Part shown: positions 34,778 through 40,787 of the stretch, in pieces | How positions within the stretch are numbered: position 1 is the first letter of the stretch | How the letters are laid out: each line of letters begins with the position of its first letter | From: an uncultured Candidatus Saccharibacteria bacterium | GTDB taxonomy: Bacteria > Patescibacteriota > Minisyncoccia > Phycocordibacterales > XYD1-FULL-46-19 | Reading direction: 5' to 3' | Assembly (NCBI GenBank): GCA_964355855.1 | Contig: CAYHFD010000004.1 | Span: 1-40,787, forward strand | Length of the DNA: 40,787 bases | The notes under the pieces: generated by a model | Database searches by the model: none | What the model was told of the DNA's origin: nothing | What the model saw: the letters and a program-made list of their open reading frames with translations, nothing else | Position numbers and translations under genes: made by a program

Positions 34778-34795
34778 TAGAAAAAATATCATTGA

Positions 34796-34836
34796 CCACA
34801 AAAAAGGGTTGGCCTCGGGCCAACCCTTTTTTGTGG
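34796..34836 (+). terminator. Intrinsic terminator (bidirectional form)
   Basis: CCACAAAAAAGGGTTGGCC-TCG-GGCCAACCCTTTTTTGTGG. Confidence 0.88.
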
Positions 34837-34854
34837 ATAACTTGATTTGGTAAA

Positions 34855-34901
34855 GTGGAGTGGGGTGGGATATAATATCTATGTAGTGGGAAGAAGTGGG
34901 T
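34855..34901 (+). promoter_or_regulatory. MraZ-binding GTGG repeats flanking the dcw -10 box
   Basis: GTGG at 34855, 34865, 34886 and 34896 (10-nt period), with TATAAT at 34871-34876. This matches the known MraZ box arrangement. Confidence 0.8.
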
Positions 34902-34922
34902 AATTATTAATCGAAAACTATT

Positions 34923-35357
34923 ATGCTAATTGGCGAACACCGACACACAATTGATGCCAAAAATCGGTTATCTTTACCCGCTAAGTTTCGGAAGGAGATA
35001 GGCAAAAAGGTGGTAGTTACTTATGGGCTAGATAACTGTCTCTTTGTCTATCCGTTAAAGGAGTGGGAGAAAGCGGCGACGAGCCTCGCTGCTCTCTCCA
35101 TTGGTCAAGCCAGCACCCGCGACTTCAACCGTTTTATACTTGGAGGCGCAGTGGAAACAGACGTCGATGCCATGGGACGTATTCTGTTACCGGACTTCCA
35201 ACGAGAGTTTGCAGGACTCTCGACCAAAGTAGTGGTCGCGGGTATTCATACTAGGCTCGAAATATGGGACGAGGATCGGTGGAAAAAATATACCGGCCGA
35301 GTCAAAAAACAGGCCGATATGTTGGCCGAAAAATTGGGTGAGATTGGGGCAATTTAG
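34923..35357 (+). CDS. mraZ: Division/cell-wall cluster transcriptional regulator MraZ
   Basis: HTIDAKNRLSLPAKFR, GLDNCLFVYP, DAMGRILLP, RLEIWD. Confidence 0.97.
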   Translation: MLIGEHRHTIDAKNRLSLPAKFRKEIGKKVVVTYGLDNCLFVYPLKEWEKAATSLAALSIGQASTRDFNRFILGGAVETDVDAMGRILLPDFQREFAGLSTKVVVAGIHTRLEIWDEDRWKKYTGRVKKQADMLAEKLGEIGAI

Positions 35358-35360
35358 TTT

Positions 35361-36263
35361 ATGGAAAACCGGCCCCATACCCCTGTTCTTTTACACGAGG
35401 TCATAGAAAATCTTGATCTAAAAGAAGGTCAGGTGGTGGTCGATGGGACAGTCGGTTTTGGTGGCCATGCTGGTGAAATATGTGAAATTATTGGTGACAC
35501 CGGAACCCTGTTTGCTCTTGATGCCGATGCGCGAGCTTTGCGTTCGGCCGAAGAACACCTTCAGTCATATCCAGCCACCAAAATTTTTATTCAAGGCAAT
35601 TTCCGCGAAATTAAAGAACTGGTAGCGGAAAAGGGGTTGTCCCAAGTCGATCGGGTTTTGTTTGATTTGGGGGTCAATTCAGCTCAACTAGATGAAGTTG
35701 GTCGAGGTTTCTCTTTTCGACGCGACGAGCCGTTGCTTATGACCCTATCAGACGTACCCGGTGATAGGCTGACCGCTAAGGATTTGCTAAATACCCTGTC
35801 GGCGGAAGAGCTAGCGGGCATTATTTATGCCTATGGCGAAGAACAGTTTTCGCGACGGATTGCCACGGCGGTGGTCGAAGCGAGGGATATTAAACCCATC
35901 GAAACCACTGGTGAGTTGGTCAAGATTATCGAATCGGCTGTACCAGTCTTTTATACCAAAAGAAAGATTCATCCCGCCACTAAAACTTTTCAGGCTTTGC
36001 GCATTGCGGTCAATGACGAGCTAGAGGCGCTGAAAGAAGGTTTGGTTGGAGCCTGGGACATCCTAAGTCCCAGTGGGCGACTGGCCGTAATTTCTTTTCA
36101 CAGCCTAGAAGCCAGAATCGTCAAAAATTTTAACAATAGTCACAAAGTCGATGGCACTGGGCGACTAATCAAAAAGCACGCGGTGAAGCCAACTCAAGGT
36201 GAAAAAAAAATAAATTCCCGCAGTCGTAGTGCTGAATTAAGAGTAATCGAAAAAATAATATGA
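35361..36263 (+). CDS. rsmH: 16S rRNA m4C1402 methyltransferase
   Basis: HTPVLL.E, DGTVGFGGH, DLGVNS.QLD..GRGFSF, HPATKTFQALRIAVN.EL, ISFHSLE, RSRSA.LR. Confidence 0.97.
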   Translation: MENRPHTPVLLHEVIENLDLKEGQVVVDGTVGFGGHAGEICEIIGDTGTLFALDADARALRSAEEHLQSYPATKIFIQGNFREIKELVAEKGLSQVDRVLFDLGVNSAQLDEVGRGFSFRRDEPLLMTLSDVPGDRLTAKDLLNTLSAEELAGIIYAYGEEQFSRRIATAVVEARDIKPIETTGELVKIIESAVPVFYTKRKIHPATKTFQALRIAVNDELEALKEGLVGAWDILSPSGRLAVISFHSLEARIVKNFNNSHKVDGTGRLIKKHAVKPTQGEKKINSRSRSAELRVIEKII

Positions 36264-36583
36264 ACACCAAAGCTATTGCCATTCAAAATATCGAACAAAA
36301 AATCATTCTAGTTTTGGGTTCACTTTTACTTATGCAGGCGTTAATGTATGTCTATTTTGTTAATAGTACTATTTTCAATGTCGTCGCCCGCAAAGAATCA
36401 GAAGAAATAATTTCAACCACGGAAACTGAAATTACTGGCCTAGTATCTGAATATATGGCTTTGTCTGAAAAAATAAATTTAGATTTAGCCTATACTCGGG
36501 GCTTTGTAGATGCCCCGGCCAATGGTATTTTTGTGGTGGCGAAACCTGAAGCGGTGGCCCTGTCTTTTGATAATGGCCGCTAA
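36260..36583 (+). CDS. FtsL-like bitopic cell division protein
   Basis: Single TM helix plus coiled coil, ending A...GF. Position between rsmH and ftsI. Confidence 0.6.
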   Translation: MNTKAIAIQNIEQKIILVLGSLLLMQALMYVYFVNSTIFNVVARKESEEIISTTETEITGLVSEYMALSEKINLDLAYTRGFVDAPANGIFVVAKPEAVALSFDNGR

Positions 36584-38282
36584 AGGTAACAACCGGATTC
36601 GTTTACTGGGGTTATTAATTTTGTTGATTGTTGCGGTATTTGGTATCCGTCTTTTTTATTTACAAATTGTAAATGGTTCAGAATATAATGAATTGGCCGA
36701 CCGCCAATATTTGCGTTCGGCCCGAACTTTTTTTGACCGCGGGTCAATTTATTTTAGTAGTAAAGATGGTAATTTAGTACCCGCTGCTAGTTTACGAGAA
36801 CAATTTTTGGTTACTATAAATCCCCAGCTAATTGAAGATCCAGAACAAGTTTACAATTTATTAAAAAAACAATTACCAGAGTTGGACCAGCAAGAGTTTA
36901 GTGACAAGGCGTCGGACAAAGATCGATTATACCAAGAGGTGGCCACTGGTCTAAGCAGTAAAACCGCCAAAATAATTCGGGAATTGGAAATAAGAGGGGT
37001 ATATGTCTACAAGGAAAAAAGACGTTTTTATCCCGCGGGTCGTACCGCCTCGCACGTTTTGGGTTTTATGGCTTATCGGGGTGACGAATATACGGGTATT
37101 TATGGCCTCGAGCGTGAATATGACCGTGTTTTAACTCAATCTGGCAGCGGCTCATTTGCTAGTTTTTTTGCGGAAATATTTTTGGGGGTAAAGGAAGAAT
37201 TATCGGACGAGGTCGAGGGTGGGGCGGGTGATATTATTTTAACAATTGAACCAATTGTTCAAACCCATTTAGAGAAAACTTTAGCCGAGACGGTGGAAAA
37301 ATATGCGGCCGATGCCGGTGGGATAGTGGTAATGGATCCCAATACTGGTGCCATTATTGCTATGGCGGCGGTGCCTAATTTTAACCCAGGTGAGCGTCAG
37401 CGAGATATTTTAGCTTTGCCAAATCCACTTATTGAGCGAGTTTTTGAAATGGGTAGTGTGGTTAAACCACTAACCCTGGCCGCCGGTATAGACGCGGGGG
37501 TGATCAATGCCCACACTACTTACAATGACACTGGTTCGGTGGTTTTAAATAATCGCACCATTATGAATCACGATAAAAAGGCGAGAGGGGTGGTGGATAT
37601 GCAGGAGGTTATAAATAATTCACTTAACACTGGCGCTGTTTTTGTGATGCAAAAAATGGGTAAAACTAATTTTAAGAAGTATATGTTGTCTTATGGTTTG
37701 GGCGAAAAAACGGGTATCGATTTACCGGGTGAGGTAGCTGGATTGGTGTCTAATCTAAAAAGTCCCCGCGAGATTGAATATGCCACGGCGGCTTTTGGTC
37801 AAGGTATTGCTCTGACCCCAATTGGCATTACCCGGGCCTTCGCGGTCCTCGCTAATGGTGGCAAATTGGTTCAACCACACGTGGTAAAAGAAGTTCGCTA
37901 TGAATTGGGTACTAAAAAAATAATAAAGCCCAAAATTATTAAATCGGGTATTTTAAAACGAGAAAGTACCGAAGAAATAACTAAAATTTTAATCAAAGCG
38001 GTTGACGAGGCGTTACTGGGGGGAACGGTTAGTTTGCCTAACTACAGTGTGGCCGCCAAGACTGGGACGGCCCAAATGTCCGATGGCCGGGGGCACTATT
38101 TTGAAGACCAATATTTACATTCTTTTTTTGGCTATTATCCGGCCTATCACCCCCGGTTTATTACTTTTATGTATATGGTAAATCCTAAAGGGGCTGGTTT
38201 TTCCTCCGACACTCTAACTCACCCATTTATGGATACCGCTAAATTTCTGTTAAACTATTATGAGGTACCACCCGACCGCTAG
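36573..38282 (+). CDS. ftsI: Peptidoglycan transpeptidase FtsI (PBP3)
   Basis: RGSIY, RFYP.G, GLE..YD, SxxK (SVVK), SLN, KTGTAQ. dcw synteny. Start at ATG36573. Confidence 0.9.
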   Translation: MAAKGNNRIRLLGLLILLIVAVFGIRLFYLQIVNGSEYNELADRQYLRSARTFFDRGSIYFSSKDGNLVPAASLREQFLVTINPQLIEDPEQVYNLLKKQLPELDQQEFSDKASDKDRLYQEVATGLSSKTAKIIRELEIRGVYVYKEKRRFYPAGRTASHVLGFMAYRGDEYTGIYGLEREYDRVLTQSGSGSFASFFAEIFLGVKEELSDEVEGGAGDIILTIEPIVQTHLEKTLAETVEKYAADAGGIVVMDPNTGAIIAMAAVPNFNPGERQRDILALPNPLIERVFEMGSVVKPLTLAAGIDAGVINAHTTYNDTGSVVLNNRTIMNHDKKARGVVDMQEVINNSLNTGAVFVMQKMGKTNFKKYMLSYGLGEKTGIDLPGEVAGLVSNLKSPREIEYATAAFGQGIALTPIGITRAFAVLANGGKLVQPHVVKEVRYELGTKKIIKPKIIKSGILKRESTEEITKILIKAVDEALLGGTVSLPNYSVAAKTGTAQMSDGRGHYFEDQYLHSFFGYYPAYHPRFITFMYMVNPKGAGFSSDTLTHPFMDTAKFLLNYYEVPPDR

Positions 38283-38304
38283 AGCTCAAAATTCATAATA
38301 AAAC

Positions 38305-39618
38305 ATGCAAACAGTCAAGGAATTGTTTAAATATATCGTTAGTAATCTCCTTATTTGTGAGGCTAATTTGGTTTTAAAAAAATATAAGCCTAAAGTTATA
38401 GCGGTCACCGGTAGTGTGGGCAAGACTTCGACCAAAGACGCCATTTATAATGTTTTAGTACCTCATTTTCGAATTCGCAAAAGTGAAAAAAGTTACAACA
38501 GCGAGTTTGGTTTACCCCTAACTATTTTGGGGCAAAAATCGGCTTGGATGAGCCCGCTTGGTTGGGCCCACATCCTGTTTATTGGGGCCACGGAAATTTT
38601 TTTTAAATCTAAATATCCAGAGTGGCTGGTTTTAGAAGTGGGGGCCAACCGGCCGGGTGATATTAGAAAAATTAGCAAATGGTTAAAACCGGATATTGGG
38701 GTTTTGACCCGTTTACCCGAGATACCTGTTCATATTGAATTTTTTCCAGACCGTGAAGCTATTGTTAATGAAAAAATGTCCCTTGCTCAAGATGTTAAAA
38801 AAAATGGGCTGATTGTTTATAACATCGATGATGAGACCTTGCGCGAAAAAGTGAAAGATTTATCACAAGAAAAAATTAGTTATGGCTTTTCTGATTTAGC
38901 GCAAGTTAAAGCCTCTAACGCTCAAGTTTTGTACGAAAAAAATGGCGATAATAATTTACCCGTTGGCATTTCCTTTAAGCTAGATCATGAGGGGCAAATT
39001 ATACCAATTAGAATAAAAGGGGTATTAGGTGAACATCAGGTTTATTCGGCCTTGGCCGCAATCGCGGTGGCGCTGGCTTCGGGACTAAATATTGTGGCGG
39101 TGGCTGAAACTATTCAAAATTTTTACGCCACCCCGCCGGGTCGACTGAAACTAATTTCAGGTATCAAGGGTTCCATTATTTTAGATGACACCTACAATTC
39201 GTCCCCAGCGGCCCTAGAGGCTGCTATTGTGGCCCTGGGGGGCTTAGAAACTAGTGGACGAAAGATTGCCCTGCTTGGTGATATGCTAGAGCTGGGTGAG
39301 CATACTATCGAGGCTCATCGTTTAGCTGGACAACTAGTCGCCCAAAATTGTGACCTGTTGCTAACGGTCGGGTTACGTTCCAAATTTTTTGAAGAGGGGG
39401 CCAAGGAGAAGGGAATGAAAGAAGAAAATATCAGGCATTTTGAAGATTCACTAGAGGCGGGACAGGCCTTAGATAAAATTATTAAAACCGGGGATGCTAT
39501 TTTAATTAAGGGTTCACAAGGGATGCGGATGGAAAAAGCGGTGGTAGAAGTGATGGCCGAGCCCCTACGGGCGGGGGAGTTGTTGTGTCGGCAAGAAGAG
39601 GAGTGGTTGAAGCGCTAA
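38305..39618 (+). CDS. murF: UDP-N-acetylmuramoyl-tripeptide--D-Ala-D-Ala ligase
   Basis: AVTGSVGKTSTK, N.EFGLPLT, LDDTYNSSP, LGDMLELG, IKGSQGMRME. Confidence 0.94.
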   Translation: MQTVKELFKYIVSNLLICEANLVLKKYKPKVIAVTGSVGKTSTKDAIYNVLVPHFRIRKSEKSYNSEFGLPLTILGQKSAWMSPLGWAHILFIGATEIFFKSKYPEWLVLEVGANRPGDIRKISKWLKPDIGVLTRLPEIPVHIEFFPDREAIVNEKMSLAQDVKKNGLIVYNIDDETLREKVKDLSQEKISYGFSDLAQVKASNAQVLYEKNGDNNLPVGISFKLDHEGQIIPIRIKGVLGEHQVYSALAAIAVALASGLNIVAVAETIQNFYATPPGRLKLISGIKGSIILDDTYNSSPAALEAAIVALGGLETSGRKIALLGDMLELGEHTIEAHRLAGQLVAQNCDLLLTVGLRSKFFEEGAKEKGMKEENIRHFEDSLEAGQALDKIIKTGDAILIKGSQGMRMEKAVVEVMAEPLRAGELLCRQEEEWLKR

Positions 39619-39667
39619 TTTTTCAAATTAGCGTTCGCCTGAACAAATTTGTAAAATTTGTTTTAGG
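39611..39667 (+). terminator. Tandem AT-rich hairpins after murF
   Basis: AGCGCTAATTT/AAATTAGCGTT and CCTGAACAAATTT/AAATTTGTTTTAGG. Confidence 0.45.
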
Positions 39668-39673
39668 GCTGAA

Positions 39674-39856
39674 AAGATAAATACATCCTTTTCCTCCTAC
39701 CGTGCTTCGTGTCAGGAAAATCATGGTCGCTTTCGCAACGAAAAATGGAAAACTCCTCGCTGTATTCTCGACTCGTCAAACAGTTCCATTTTTCTGCTCC
39801 AGCTCTCTGATTTTCTCTGCCCCTACGCAATAGTCGGAAAAAGATGTATTTATCTT
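39674..39856. mobile_element. 183-bp nested-palindrome (MITE/REP-like) element
   Basis: Terminal inverted repeats AAGATAAATACATCCTTTTCC / GGAAAAAGATGTATTTATCTT (20/21 match), with nested GAAAATCA/TGATTTTC and GAAAAATGGAA/TTCCATTTTTC. Confidence 0.6.
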
Positions 39857-39887
39857 AAAATAGGAAGAGTTAATAAAAATTTAATAT

Positions 39888-39926
39888 AAAAAATTCAGCC
39901 CGCGACTCTTGGTAGAGCGCGGGCTG
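39888..39926 (-). terminator. Intrinsic terminator of the minus-strand orphan gene
   Basis: Minus strand CAGCCCGCGCTCT-ACCA-AGAGTCGCGGGCTG-AATTTTT. Confidence 0.65.
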
Positions 39927-39987
39927 GTATGTGGGAAAGAACACTTACATAAAGTTTACCTCCGGGTTACGATTTGAATGATGTCGA

Positions 39988-40554
39988 CTAATTCCGCGGG
40001 TCCTTGGCCAAAACTCTGGCCGTCTGTAAACCTTTTTCCAGGGTGGACGCCCTGACTGTCAGTTGTTGGCTAACTGCCTGTTTATCCAGGATGTCCACCA
40101 TCTCTGACTTTAAGATATCGCCAGTACCCGCTCTTTTTTTGTCCATCATCGTAAACAGTCTCTGTCTCTGCTTACGTGTTGGGTAGCGTGTGAGCACCGT
40201 CGTAGCGATGCTCCTCATATCTACCTTTTCAGAATGAACAAAGGAAGACAGAGTCAGGGCCATGTTGTTCACACCGAGCAGGTGGCCCCGACGACCCAGG
40301 AGGGGCGACAATGATTTCAGATAGAGGACCCCATCCGAGTCGAGCTCAAACTCACCGGTTGTCTTGTAGGCCAGGACATCAGCCTTGACCATCCATTCCA
40401 ACATCCCCTCCATGGATTCCTGTCGAAGTGCTCGGAGGGCTTGGCTCAAAATTTCTCGTTGGCCCTGTCGTCCCAAAAAATGAACGCAGTAGACCGCTCC
40501 AACTGAAAGAGTTGCAAGGCCGGTTATCATTATCACAGTAAATGCTAATTCCAT
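39988..40554 (-). CDS. Hypothetical protein with N-terminal TM anchor (orphan, GC-richer)
   Basis: 188-aa ORF with AAGGAG SD, its own promoter and its own terminator. Confidence 0.75.
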   Translation of the reverse strand: MELAFTVIMITGLATLSVGAVYCVHFLGRQGQREILSQALRALRQESMEGMLEWMVKADVLAYKTTGEFELDSDGVLYLKSLSPLLGRRGHLLGVNNMALTLSSFVHSEKVDMRSIATTVLTRYPTRKQRQRLFTMMDKKRAGTGDILKSEMVDILDKQAVSQQLTVRASTLEKGLQTARVLAKDPRN

Positions 40555-40692
40555 TTTACTTCTCCTTGCGTCCGGAGACGCATCTTGTACTTGTATAGCC
40601 GACCGGAGTCGGACCGAAGGCGAGCGGACTCGCTACAAGCACTCTTTTCAACGGGCAAGCGAGGGCAGATAATCCCCAGCTATCTACCTAAC

Positions 40693-40722
40693 AGTATAGC
40701 ATAGCTAGTGGTAATATGTCAA
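40693..40722 (-). promoter_or_regulatory. Strong sigma70-type promoter of the orphan gene
   Basis: Minus strand TTGACA-18 nt-TATACT with an extended TGc. Confidence 0.72.
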
Positions 40723-40787
40723 GTTCTTAAAGGGTACATTCAACCTTGAAGTGCAACACTCGCATTAAAAACTTCTAATGGTGTTTT

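Noticed and set aside
34832-34840. Replication origin
   Set aside because: Only isolated DnaA boxes are present, with no box cluster, no unwinding element and no dnaA/dnaN nearby.
258-40186. Many short ORFs in the track that overlap identified genes (e.g. 258-539, 2383-2607, 3863-4246, 19922-20221, 23257-23655, 25759-26244, 33496-33849)
   Set aside because: They are antisense or off-frame shadows of well-supported genes and have no recognisable motifs.

Overview
AT-rich bacterial chromosomal segment read in genetic code 11 (TGA is used as a stop). Gene content, short proteins and the near absence of Shine-Dalgarno sites suggest a Patescibacteria/CPR (Parcubacteria-like) genome; this is inference. 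It is mostly housekeeping: glycolysis (gpmI, pyk), a rimK/RimB-type peptidase pair, uppP, hpf/raiA, a cyclophilin, fmt-def-priA, an XRE-HTH::MurA fusion, two mreB paralogues, frr, rseP, proS, mreC-mreD-mrdA, greA-lysS and a short dcw cluster (mraZ-rsmH-ftsL-ftsI-murF). There is also a four-gene cell-surface operon (16952-22214). I found no rRNA, tRNA, CRISPR array or transposase. The most unusual signals are non-coding. (1) Two copies of a ~117-nt structured element (90-208, 11252-11367) show compensatory stem changes and a conserved ACCT bulge, and each stem closes on the start codon of gpmI or hpf. (2) A palindromic element is translated in frame inside fmt. (3) An IS200/IS605-end-like miniature element sits in the pyk leader, and a long nested hairpin follows murF. 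(4) A perfect 24-bp palindrome covers the start of the HTH-MurA gene. (5) Two unrelated orphan genes share an almost identical promoter block. Other oddities are a 7-residue repeat protein, a Cys-less thioredoxin fold with a prepilin-like N-terminus, a PriA with degenerate helicase motifs, and two unlisted micro-ORFs with their own terminators.
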